Part shown: piece by piece, positions 1-10,656 of the stretch | Layout of the letters: each line of letters starts with the position of its first letter | Position numbering within the stretch: the stretch's first letter is position 1 | Assembly: GCA_021613535.1 (NCBI GenBank) | Contig: CP075496.1 | Location: forward strand, 434,001 to 498,000 | Source: Adineta vaga | Taxonomy: Eukaryota; Animalia; Rotifera | Length of the DNA: 64,000 bases | Direction of reading: 5' to 3' | Notes under the pieces: generated by a model | Databases searched by the model: none | What the model was told of the DNA's origin: nothing | The model's input: the letters and a program-made list of their open reading frames with translations, nothing else | Translations under genes and position numbers: made by a program

Positions 1-694
1 ATCTGTTAGTAAAATTTCAAACAGAAATCTATTCTTTCAATTGATAAAATTGGGATTATTATATCAAATAGTAAAGTCTCACATATGTTTTGATGTATTA
101 TATATTTGCATATAGACTTTATATTTCAAAAAGTTCAACTTTTCAGTGCCAGATGATACCGTGGTTCATCATCTACAGATTCTAATACATCTATATAATA
201 AATCCCTAGTAAATCTTTATAGCTCAATAGAACTAATGAATTGCAATTAAAGGATAATTAGTTCAAATTTAGCCAGAAGAAAATAAATTCTATATAAATA
301 TTAATAGTAGCAATAAATGAGTTGACCACGGGATTGAATCGTCGAATATATGGAGAATGAAGAATAGTTGAATAGGTGTTAAACTAATAATAGACAATCA
401 AAATGATAAATTCATTAATAACTACGATTTCTGGCGGTGCGGCAACGTTTGATTAGCACGATTCATAATTATCCACCAAAATTTAAAATTATAAATTTTT
501 AATTACTCCAGTGTCTGTCAAAAACTTCTTTCATGTGCATGCATCAAAAATTTTTGTATGTTTTTAAGAGTCAAATTTATTTGGGATATAAAAGAAGTAG
601 TAGGATTTTAGAGTATTTTTAAAAGGACAAATTACAACGAATAAAAGTAATGCGCAGTACAATACATACAAAATATGAAAAAACAATTGTCAAC

Positions 695-1687
695 TTAATC
701 TTGTGTTCGAGTACGCCGTTGTTGAATGTTTTTTCTGAATAGTTTGATAAGTTCTTGACGAAAATACTTACTAGACATTGTGTAAATGTAAAATGAAAAG
801 ATCTTGTCTACTAAACTGAACCAGACAGCGACATTTAGTAGAAGCGCTTCGACCGATATGCGAACATCATTCTTTACTATTGATAGAGGAATGAGCGCAT
901 ACAATTTCATGACAAAAAGTGGTATCGAACAAACAAGATATACAATAACTTGCGTAAAGAGCAATCGAATATTAGCTTGATTATTTTTTCGATTTTTCAT
1001 TGAGTTGTTAGCCATCGTCACTGATGTTTTCACGACTGCTGAAGCCAGTACTTTTGGTTCAAGACTTCGAACTTGGCGAATGTGTATCAGCGTACCAATA
1101 CCAAATATGAGCATAAACATAGGTGGGCCAACAGATTGAAAAACAAAGTAATTAGCTATATCTGCCGAACCACATTCACTGTTTTGTTGATAGCATGGTA
1201 CAGGTTTAGTAAACTGGTTGATCTCATAGCAATAAAGTGTTGGCACATAGACACAGGGTACAATGGTAATTACGATGATCATGATACGACGAGTCATTTT
1301 CATATTGCTGTACGAGCGCAGTCTGACATCGCGAGACGACGAAAAGAATCGATCAACACAACAACCTACCATTAACCAACTTGAGATAACAATGGATATA
1401 TAGTAGAGATAAACGTGCATTTTGCATAAGATTGATGAAGTATACACTAACATAAGATTAAAACCCAGAAATGTACGCAATACAAGATAAGGATAAATGG
1501 TCACCAGATTGGAAATAGAAGCAACTAGCAGCAAAGGAATACTCGGTGAAAGTGTCCACATGGCACGTCGTCTGAACAAGATGATGTTCAATACGTTACC
1601 TATAGTGCCAAGAATGATAAAGATGACACCTACGGAAATTAGGAGCTTGTTTCTAATATCATTGATTAACAACGATGTGGCAGACAT
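695..1687 (-). CDS. Rhodopsin-class (7TM) orphan GPCR, intronless
   Basis: Seven hydrophobic segments; TM1 GTIGN, TM3 CCVDRF (DRY-like), TM7 FYIYTMSSKYFR. First ATG at 1687 (MSATSLL); the ORF track start at 1750 is a TTG. Confidence 0.9.
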   Translation of the reverse strand: MSATSLLINDIRNKLLISVGVIFIILGTIGNVLNIILFRRRAMWTLSPSIPLLLVASISNLVTIYPYLVLRTFLGFNLMLVYTSSILCKMHVYLYYISIVISSWLMVGCCVDRFFSSSRDVRLRSYSNMKMTRRIMIIVITIVPCVYVPTLYCYEINQFTKPVPCYQQNSECGSADIANYFVFQSVGPPMFMLIFGIGTLIHIRQVRSLEPKVLASAVVKTSVTMANNSMKNRKNNQANIRLLFTQVIVYLVCSIPLFVMKLYALIPLSIVKNDVRISVEALLLNVAVWFSLVDKIFSFYIYTMSSKYFRQELIKLFRKNIQQRRTRTQD

Positions 1688-3115
1688 TCTTAATATAGCG
1701 ATGTCTTTGTAAAAATCAACAAGTATATAATGAAGTTTAGAGAAAAACAAGTGAGAATAATTGTAATTGTATGCGTGCTTAATTGTTTCTGCTTTTTGTT
1801 GTAAAGATTAAGTAGCTCTCTTTTTTTATCTCAAGCTATGTTTCTCACAAACAGAAAAAGAAGAGTAGCGACGAATGTAAATTTATTCCAAGAGAGGTAA
1901 TGAGAAAAATGGTAAAAGTGACTACTGTAGATAAATAATGGTTTTGTGTTGGTTAGTAATCATCTCGTGAGTGTTCTCTCTTTGTCTTTTCTCTATTTTC
2001 TTTCCCATGTACCGAAGTAAAGTTTACAGAAAGAAAAGAGTTAGCGTTACTGTCAACAGAGTTGCCACATGTATTTGATTTAGAAAGGCTTTTTAATGTG
2101 TATTATTATAAGCTGATCTTTTAAGAAGAATAAGTCATTTTTTTCTAATAGATTTTCTAACATTTTTAAATAAATCTTTGTAACGAAAGGATTGGGCTAA
2201 AGAGAATAGCAGCATTCGCTTAGTCTTCAATTTTTTGTTTATACTTATGTTCATTCTCTACATAGAAATGAATTTTGATTTTGATTTTGATTTTGATTCA
2301 TTGAATATGATAATGATGGTTAAATGAAGTGGAACGAGTACAATGAAATACAAACTTTTGAACAATCAGAAGTTAAAACAGTAACAATAGTGAATAAAAC
2401 TCGTGGTTCCAGTGGAGACGTTGATTTAATCAATCGATATGTTGACCGAAGTATATACCTATTTCAAGTGTGAGGTGAGGTTTTGAGTGTTCTTCTGATC
2501 CTCAGACTCAGACACACCCACACCCACATCCTTCAAAATTTATTTTTTTATTAGAAAATTCTGATCATGCAATTAGTAATGAACATGAACAAATCATTCA
2601 ATGTATTCAATCTATTCATGAGTAATTTATATTCATCAACAGAAACTATTCTTATTATTCTTTATGATGTCATTTGAATTCAAATTCTAATAATATTATC
2701 TAGTTGATATTTGTTATACAGAATGACGTAACCAGGATTTTCAAATGAATGGACAAAAACGGCTAATTTTGACAAAAATGTTTTTTTCGATGGGCAGAGG
2801 GTTTTAAAAGCGGTAAAAATTTATAAAAATAGCGAAACAAAGAAAGGGAAACTCCAGTAATAATATAAAATAGAAAGAATCTGGTAATAAATATACTTTA
2901 GACAAACTTTCTTCATCTGTTATTGAGCCAAATAGGTCTCAAAATGAAGTAAGAAAAGTAATAAGATAATTATACTTTTTGTTGACCTAAACAAGTTCGA
3001 TAATCTTTTTAAAATATTCGAATTTTTAAATGTTGATTATGTTGATGTTCGTTCTTTCAAGCGATTAGTCATAATCAAAGAGAAAAATATCACATGGTGA
3101 TGTGACAATTAACAT

Positions 3116-3188
3116 GGGGATGTAGCTCATATGGTAGAGCGCTCGCTTAGCATGCGAGAGGTATTGGGATCGATGCCCAACTTCTCCA
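3116..3188 (+). tRNA. tRNA-Ala(AGC): tRNA-Ala, anticodon AGC
   Basis: GGGGATGTAGCTCATATGGTAGAGCGCTCGCTTAGCATGCGAGAGGTATTGGGATCGATGCCCAACTTCTCCA folds as a cloverleaf with anticodon loop TTAGCAT, the G3:U70 alanine identity pair and a eukaryotic Ala-type T-loop (GATCGATGC). One U6-U67 mismatch in the acceptor stem. Confidence 0.95.
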
Positions 3189-3197
3189 AATGGTTCC

Positions 3198-3206
3198 TTT
3201 TTTTTT
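3198..3206 (+). terminator. RNA polymerase III terminator of tRNA-Ala
   Basis: Run of 9 T starting 10 nt after the tRNA 3' end. Confidence 0.75.
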
Positions 3207-3651
3207 ATAATTATTTTTGGATGTTAAAAATAAAAGAACACGATGCCTTTTGTTCCGTTCTCTGATTGCTATGCACACATCTTACTGCAAAATTAATCGC
3301 GATATTATATTATTATCTGCTTTATTTTCGCTTTGTCTCTTTGAAAGAGATTCAAACAACAACAATCTATGTGAACATTTGTATAAAAAGATATATCACT
3401 TTCATCTTTGTTTCGATGTTCTATAGCGTGGCCGCTATACTTGATTGATACCTCAATTGGTCTATGCTTACTATACAAGTGTAGATTTTGTATGCAAATG
3501 GAAATTTGTTGATAAATCTTTCGAACAAGAAAATTTTTACTGATAATGACATAGTGACTTGTTTTATTTTTTTGAAAGTATAATAAATGGATTTCTTTCT
3601 TAATCATTTTAAACAGACATTCGTTCTCGGCAAAAACAAGAGTTGAAATTA

Positions 3652-6600
3652 TTAATTTATCGGTAACTGCTTCTGGCTATGCAATATTGCTATTGCTTTT
3701 TCTAGAAAACACAATGCTTTTGATTCTTCGTCCATATGTTTGTATACTGAGCTAATATTGTTGCAGGAAGCGGCTAAACTAGGATGATTTGTTGGTAGAT
3801 TTTGTTGACCTATTTGCAAATCTTTTTCGAAAAATGATAGAGCTTGTGGATATTCGCCGAGAGCTAGATGTACCGAGCCTATATTGTTGTAGGACGCAGC
3901 TAAGTTTGGATGATTTGCTGGAAGAATTTTTTCACAGATATCAATAGATTTCTTGTAGAAGACTAGAGCTTGAGAGTAATTCTTCATACTTTGATACACG
4001 GAGGCTATGTTGTTGTAACAAGTAGCTAAACTATGTTGATTTACAGGATTCATATTTTGTTGAATATCGAGAGCTTTTTCAAGATAGGTAAGTGCTTTAG
4101 AATACACCCCTGTTTGATCGTATATCAAGCCAATGTTGTTGTACGAAATGGCTATATCAGTATGATTTGACGGAAGAATTTTCTGTTGAATATTAAGAGC
4201 TTTCTCATAGAATAAAAGTGCTTCTGTATTTCGGCCCGTATCACCATAAATCAGACCAATGTTATTGTATGAAACAGAAATATCGAGATGATCAGCAGGA
4301 AGAATTTGTTGACGAATATCAAGAGCTTTTTCATAGTAAGAAAGTGCTTGTGCATACTGGTCCATATTTTTATATACTACGCCGATATTATTGTACGAAG
4401 TAGCTATATCTTGTGGACTTGCAGGTATGATCTTTTGTAGAATAACGAGAGCCTTTTCATAGTAAGAAAGTGCTTTAGAGTAATCACTCATGTCGTTATA
4501 TACCGAAGCAAGATTGTTATAGGAGATAGCGATGTCGGGATGATTTGAAGAAAGACAACTTTGAGCAATATCAAGAGCTTTCTCCAGATATGAAATGGCT
4601 CGTGTATATTCTCCTCTATTTTTGTAGAGTAATCCTATATTGCCCAAGATATTGGTCAAGTTTGGATGATGATTAGGAAGGTTTCGATGATAAAGAGCAA
4701 GAGCTTTTTCATAATAGAAAAGTGCTTGTGGATAATTACTCATAATATCATATACAGAACCGATGTTGTTATGAGAGATAGCTAGATCAAAATCATCGAT
4801 ATGAGAAAGTTTTTCTTTAATACCAAGAGCTTTTTCAAAGTATGAAAGTGCCTGTGAATAAGATCCCATATTCTTGTGCATCGAAGCAATGTTGTTATAA
4901 GAAACAGCTATGTCCAGATGCCATTCCGGATGTATTTCTTGTCGAATATGAAGAGCTTTTTCATAATAAAAGAGTGCTTGTGAATATTCACCCTTTTTGT
5001 CACATATTGTACCAATATTATTATACGAGGTAGCTATACCAGGATGTTTTTCAGACGAAGTCTTCTGTAAAATATCCAAAGCTTTCTCAAAATAAGAGAG
5101 TGCTTGTGAATATTCACCCATATCATAATATACTGAACCAATATTGTTATAATATGTGGCTAAATCAGGATGATGTGTAGCAAGAAGTTTTTTTTGAACT
5201 ACAAGAACTTTTTGAAAATAGGAAAGTGCTTCAGAATATTTCCCAATCTTTTCATGCATTAAACCAATATTATTATATAAAGTAATTATAAGATGATGGT
5301 TAAGAGGAAGATTCTTTTGTTGAGCATTGAGGGCTTGTTCATAGTATGAAAGTGCACGTGAATATTCGCCCATTTTATCGTACACAGAACCAATATTATT
5401 GTAAGATGTAGCAATATCAGGATGTTCTTCGGAATAATTCTTTTTTTGAATATCGAGAGCTTTCTGAAAATAGATGAGTCCTTCGGAATACTCGTTCATG
5501 TTACAGTTTACTAAGCCGATATTATTGTAAGAAGTTGCGAAATCAGAATGATTTACAGGAAGCGATTTCCGTTGAATATCAAAGATTTTATCGTAATACG
5601 AGTGTCCTTTGGAACTTTCGGCCTTCATAGTATAAATCAAAGCAATATTGTTGTAAAAAGTAGCTAGACTAGGATGATTTGTTGGTAGATGTTTCTGATG
5701 AATACTAAGTGCTTGATTATAGTACGAAAGTGCTTGAGAATAATCTCCCATAGAATGATACACTGAACCCAAATTGTTGTATGAAATCCCTATTTCAGGA
5801 TGATCAGAAGGAAGAAGTTTTAGTTGAACGTCAAGTGCTTTTTCATGGTATAAAAGAGCTTTCGAGTAATCACCTGTATATGTATATACCATGCCGATAT
5901 GATTATATATGTGTGCCACATAGAGCGTATCTGATGTTTGAGATTTTTTGTGTTCTTCGAGAACTTTTTCATAATATTCAATCGCTTGTTTATGGTTTCC
6001 TTCTTTTGCCTTAATTTTTCCTAATGAATAATAACATTTATATTGATCTTGATTGTTTGGATTTTTATCGAGTAGAGTGTAAAATAATTTTTCTGCTGTT
6101 TTTAGTTTTCCAAGATAGATCAATAATTCACCTATTCGTGTCCATCCGACTTCTTCATCCTCTTGTTCAATTTGAGTAGTTAATTTACGAAGTTCTGGAT
6201 CATCATCACTAGTTAAATCGAGAAACACTTCAAAGAGACGATCATTGTTTTTGTCTTTTTCTATCTTCTTAATACGGAATACTGCATGCATTGAAAAGAG
6301 TACTTCATCTTCGTCTGGGATAAAACTAATATTGCTAATATAAGCAAATGATGTCACGTCTAACTTGGGATTCATTGTCATGATAAATAAAATTCCCATG
6401 ACTTTTAAGTTTTGTGTTGCACTTTCAGCGTACATATAAGCAGGTGCTTTCTCCCTACTAGTCGAAATGAAACTATTAAAAGCAATCAATCCGTTTTGAC
6501 TTTTTTCTAGCCGACGAAAGTCATCTAATTCGAGTATCTGTCCACGATAAAAATTGACTGGCTCATTGCCATGATTGTTCACTTGTTCTTTGTATAATTT

Positions 6601-7383
6601 ATAAATCTGTTGATGAAGATCATGAATAAAGAAACTCATAAAAACAATAATATCTGGTTCTAGAAGTCGAAGAGCTCGATTTAACATTGGATAAATAAAA
6701 GAATCTCTCGTGTACCACTGTATTGCCTTATCAGATCGATAATTTTCATTAAATTCATCTACCATTGCTAATGTTTTCGGATTATCCCGAAATTGATCTC
6801 GACAAAATTCAATTAGCATTGAATGACTTCGATCATCATACTTCATATTAAGTATTGTATTTTTGAATATTTGAGTGTACATAAAAGATGGTTGTAGTCG
6901 ATTGAGATCTACATGTTCATTCGTTTCATTCATTCGTGCAAAACTGATCGGCGTACTATCTTGATCGCATTGCTTAGCAGCTAGACGAATTATTTCAATC
7001 ATTGGTTGAATAGTGGTATGAATTCCTTTAACTTTCGACCATTCTATAGTCCATTGTTCATACCATGATTGATATTCATCATAAATATAGATTGCATTCA
7101 AAGATTTTATTGAATGAATCTGTGGAACCAATATTTGTGCAAAGGAAGCGGATGTAATAACAAATATTTTTTCCGATTCAACTTCTTTTAGAAATTTCAG
7201 AGAATCATCTATTGTATTGAATAGTGTTACAGCATTAATTACACTACGTAACTGCTCGACGTTATTCTGAATATTATTATTTGATAAATCGGCATTAGCA
7301 TCAATCCAAACAAGTAAATAGTTTTGTACAATTCGGCTTCCAACTGTGCGATATTGTGATTCAGTTTTTGAAGTTGCCATCAT
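3652..7383 (-). CDS. NAD:arginine ADP-ribosyltransferase domain + TPR array protein (1243 aa)
   Basis: N-terminal receiver-like alpha/beta region (LLVWID...IFVITS...IYIY), ART motifs FYRGQ / FISTS / DEDEVLF, then about 18 repeats of 42 aa (HPDxAxSYNNIGxxY...ALxYYEKAL). Single open exon. Confidence 0.92.
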   Translation of the reverse strand: MMATSKTESQYRTVGSRIVQNYLLVWIDANADLSNNNIQNNVEQLRSVINAVTLFNTIDDSLKFLKEVESEKIFVITSASFAQILVPQIHSIKSLNAIYIYDEYQSWYEQWTIEWSKVKGIHTTIQPMIEIIRLAAKQCDQDSTPISFARMNETNEHVDLNRLQPSFMYTQIFKNTILNMKYDDRSHSMLIEFCRDQFRDNPKTLAMVDEFNENYRSDKAIQWYTRDSFIYPMLNRALRLLEPDIIVFMSFFIHDLHQQIYKLYKEQVNNHGNEPVNFYRGQILELDDFRRLEKSQNGLIAFNSFISTSREKAPAYMYAESATQNLKVMGILFIMTMNPKLDVTSFAYISNISFIPDEDEVLFSMHAVFRIKKIEKDKNNDRLFEVFLDLTSDDDPELRKLTTQIEQEDEEVGWTRIGELLIYLGKLKTAEKLFYTLLDKNPNNQDQYKCYYSLGKIKAKEGNHKQAIEYYEKVLEEHKKSQTSDTLYVAHIYNHIGMVYTYTGDYSKALLYHEKALDVQLKLLPSDHPEIGISYNNLGSVYHSMGDYSQALSYYNQALSIHQKHLPTNHPSLATFYNNIALIYTMKAESSKGHSYYDKIFDIQRKSLPVNHSDFATSYNNIGLVNCNMNEYSEGLIYFQKALDIQKKNYSEEHPDIATSYNNIGSVYDKMGEYSRALSYYEQALNAQQKNLPLNHHLIITLYNNIGLMHEKIGKYSEALSYFQKVLVVQKKLLATHHPDLATYYNNIGSVYYDMGEYSQALSYFEKALDILQKTSSEKHPGIATSYNNIGTICDKKGEYSQALFYYEKALHIRQEIHPEWHLDIAVSYNNIASMHKNMGSYSQALSYFEKALGIKEKLSHIDDFDLAISHNNIGSVYDIMSNYPQALFYYEKALALYHRNLPNHHPNLTNILGNIGLLYKNRGEYTRAISYLEKALDIAQSCLSSNHPDIAISYNNLASVYNDMSDYSKALSYYEKALVILQKIIPASPQDIATSYNNIGVVYKNMDQYAQALSYYEKALDIRQQILPADHLDISVSYNNIGLIYGDTGRNTEALLFYEKALNIQQKILPSNHTDIAISYNNIGLIYDQTGVYSKALTYLEKALDIQQNMNPVNQHSLATCYNNIASVYQSMKNYSQALVFYKKSIDICEKILPANHPNLAASYNNIGSVHLALGEYPQALSFFEKDLQIGQQNLPTNHPSLAASCNNISSVYKHMDEESKALCFLEKAIAILHSQKQLPIN

Positions 7384-8168
7384 GTTAACTAATATGTGTA
7401 TGATACGCAGTGAAGAGCACGAGAAGCATTATTATTTTATAGATAAATAACATGCTTGAATAAATTCACCTGTTCTTTCTTATCGTATAAAGAGAAATGA
7501 TGGTTATAAATCATGACTATTTTTCTTTTCATCAAAAATACGATTTTTGAACCGTTACGAAGTTGGAATAAACCAAGATCTTAAGAACAAGTTTGATACT
7601 TTTATAGGTCTACAATGATTTAAATTTCTAAATGTTGAAGCTGATTTTCGATCGCTCGTTGGATGAAAGTAAGTGCAAAACGATTTCCGCCACATATATT
7701 TTTCTATACTGAGACAATCTCTTTCATTTTTATCATATCTGCTAAGTTCCGAGTCAGTTGGTTCTTTAGCTAAATTATTAAAACAATCTGGAAAGCATCT
7801 AATCGAATCGAATCTGAACATTTTTTTATAAACAATGCATAATCGTGCTGTTGATATACGTCCAGTAACAAAATCAAAAGCGATGACTATAGCTATCAAT
7901 ACTCCACGAGTCTCTGATACTAATTGAATAGAACAACCGGAATGAACATGAAAGTCTAGTACGACTACAACAGTCCCACTCAATATCGCAGAAACAATAG
8001 TAATAGTATTTACTTGCCGTACACCCACATTCGAAATTTAATTTATTATAGAAGTGACATATACATTAACTGAAAAAATGACGTTTACTTTTCTTCTTTC
8101 TTCTTTGAAGAATATAACAATAAATTAGCGATCAATGTTATACACAATTTGTAGATATTTATCTTCTT

Positions 8169-9071
8169 CTATGATATTGCTCCAATCACATGTGTTCGAA
8201 CTTTGAATAATTTCATTACAGACGCTTTCAATGGATCAGTAACTTGATATAAAGCAATTATATTAAATAATACTAATACATGAATAAAGAAAAATGCAAT
8301 ACGAAAATGATATTTTGGTGCACTGTTAAAAAATGACATGAAAATAAATAACATATATGGAAAACCAATTATAGCCAATGTCATTATAAGTTTAACTATA
8401 CGTTGAATCATTTTTAATTCTCGTTTAGCACGATTTAACGTATTAGTCGATGCTGTAGATTTACTCATTTTTTTTACATATAAAATTAATTTTAAATAGA
8501 CAAATATTATTATTGATATAGGAATTATATAGATACAAATGACGGTATAAATCAAAGAGAAAGAAAGTTTAAGAGGTAATTGACATATTTGATTATCAAT
8601 ATTGTAAATAACTTCATTTCGAAGTATAAATTCTAATGGAAAGATAAAAGCATAAATCCATAAAATACAAATAGTTAAAATTTGAAATCTTATGGTTTGA
8701 TAAAATAAATAACTTGGATACACAACAATAATATAACGATAAATAGCTTGAATTAAATATGCATGAATAGATAAAATACTAATAACTTGATTAAAATATG
8801 CTCGAACAATACAAAATGAATCTTGAAAATGAATTTGTTGAAGATCATTTTGAAGAGTAAATATATTCATACTAAGAAGAATACATGCAGATATAATTGC
8901 AATAAGATATGTATGAGCAATTAACATTATCGCAATTGTATGACATGTTTTATCAAGTATAACAATAGAGAGAAAAAAAATAGAAAGTATAATTATCAAT
9001 ATACTACATATTATTATAATAATATCGATTGGAATAAACCAAGATTCAATATTTATCATAGATGAATTCAT
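8169..9071 (-). CDS. Rhodopsin-class (7TM) orphan GPCR, intronless
   Basis: Seven hydrophobic segments, QAIYRY at the DRY position, conserved Cys in TM3 (SFC) and ECL2 (ICQL), KRELKM before TM6. Confidence 0.88.
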   Translation of the reverse strand: MNSSMINIESWFIPIDIIIIICSILIIILSIFFLSIVILDKTCHTIAIMLIAHTYLIAIISACILLSMNIFTLQNDLQQIHFQDSFCIVRAYFNQVISILSIHAYLIQAIYRYIIVVYPSYLFYQTIRFQILTICILWIYAFIFPLEFILRNEVIYNIDNQICQLPLKLSFSLIYTVICIYIIPISIIIFVYLKLILYVKKMSKSTASTNTLNRAKRELKMIQRIVKLIMTLAIIGFPYMLFIFMSFFNSAPKYHFRIAFFFIHVLVLFNIIALYQVTDPLKASVMKLFKVRTHVIGAIS

Positions 9072-9720
9072 TATTAAGAATATAAAGAAAAGAAAATATT
9101 AACTATTCATCTACGGAAATAATCATACGTGAGACTTTGAAAATGTCAGAATCTTTATTAATGTAATAGAATCATTTCCGTGATTGAGTAGCTATCTAAT
9201 TTAACTTCGAATATAAATGATCATTTTAAAGAAATGTATTTTGATAGATAAAAGAAAATTTATTCTAACTCAAATTTCGTGATTTATTTTCGAAATGATA
9301 TCAAATAGTTGAATATGCATTTGTATTCCAATTAGATAGTTCATGTTTACCATTCAATGACGTAAGAACGTTGATTTGATAAAAATAGAATATGAATCAT
9401 ATATTCTTTCGAAATAATATTACGTTTAATTTCTTTTTTTATCTAATAAATGACTAAGGATATTCGTCGTTAATAAGTTATTAATTAATTAATTCTTACA
9501 CCATCCATATGTAATATAAGACAAATATTAAGAACATGTATACGTCATTATCATCGATGACGATATTTTTGTATTGTTCTATATAAAGAAAAAAAACATG
9601 ATTATATTTTTATGGTTGAATGAATCTTCGTTTTTACATAAACATATGTTAAACTATATAAATTCCATTCGTATCTAGTTTCATTTCATAAAAATATAAA
9701 CAATATTAAATAAACTTAAT

Positions 9721-9879
9721 ATGTTTCCTGGTCGAATTATCAATCCATGTTGTCCACCACCACCACCACCACCAATATGTGTTCCAGTATGTTGTTGTGT
9801 TGAACGAGTATGCTGTGATCCTTGTTTAGGATTACGTCGTATTACTCAATGTTTTCAAACAATGGTACGAATACAATAA
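9721..9879 (+). CDS. 52-aa Cys/Pro-rich microprotein (below ORF-track cutoff)
   Basis: MFPGRIINPCCPPPPPPPICVPVCCCVERVCCDPCLGLRRITQCFQTMVRIQ*; 10 Cys; codon usage like neighbouring genes (cca, tgt, cga); TATATAAA at about 9655 and AATAAA at about 9927. Confidence 0.7.
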   Translation: MFPGRIINPCCPPPPPPPICVPVCCCVERVCCDPCLGLRRITQCFQTMVRIQ

Positions 9880-10656
9880 TGTTTGATTGTGTTAAATTAA
9901 CTTTTTTTTTCTTATTGATATTTTATAATAAACAAGATTTTTCTGATTAAAAACAGTTTTCAAAATGAGTTGATAAATATTTATTTCCCATTCATCACAA
10001 TATCACTATCGTTGGTATATTGAAGTGCACACATACTATGTTGGAGAACAGAACAAAGATTCGGAAAAGACAATGTAAACACATATAAAGTATGATATAA
10101 CTACGAATTGTACGATAATGGTTAAAAAAAAAACGTTTATACAATTAAATAAATAACATCTATAGATAGACAATCGTTTTCTCTTTCAAATAATTCATAG
10201 AAACGAATAATATATTATTACTAATAAAACAAGATAATGTTCGTCGGGGTCGGCAAAATCGATAAAATCATATACTATCATGGACATTAAACTCGAACAA
10301 AACATCTATTTCTGTTTCATATCCAGATATTTTAGCATCAGTGCTGCTGGTACTTGAGGATGGGTGTGGATCAAAATATCTCTTCTCCGCCCATAACCCA
10401 CACCCTATAACCACACCCACACCTTGCTAACTTCTCTACAGTTGATTCAAATGAGCTGAACTTTTTACTATAGTGGTTTCTAAACATGATCTACTGAATA
10501 CACGAAACAAATGTTTTGATCAGTGTTTCTAATTTTTCATACTGTTATGTACTCTCTCTTCTTATAGCCGCGATATCACGTATACGTGTCCGAAGAGTAG
10601 GATGATGTGTCGGTAACGATTTTTGTGCGATTTGTGTGGCACATTACAGATAGAAA

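Noticed and set aside
7555-8028. 157-aa ORF upstream of the first ART-TPR gene
   Set aside because: GTG start, no recognisable motif; probably degraded or non-coding sequence.
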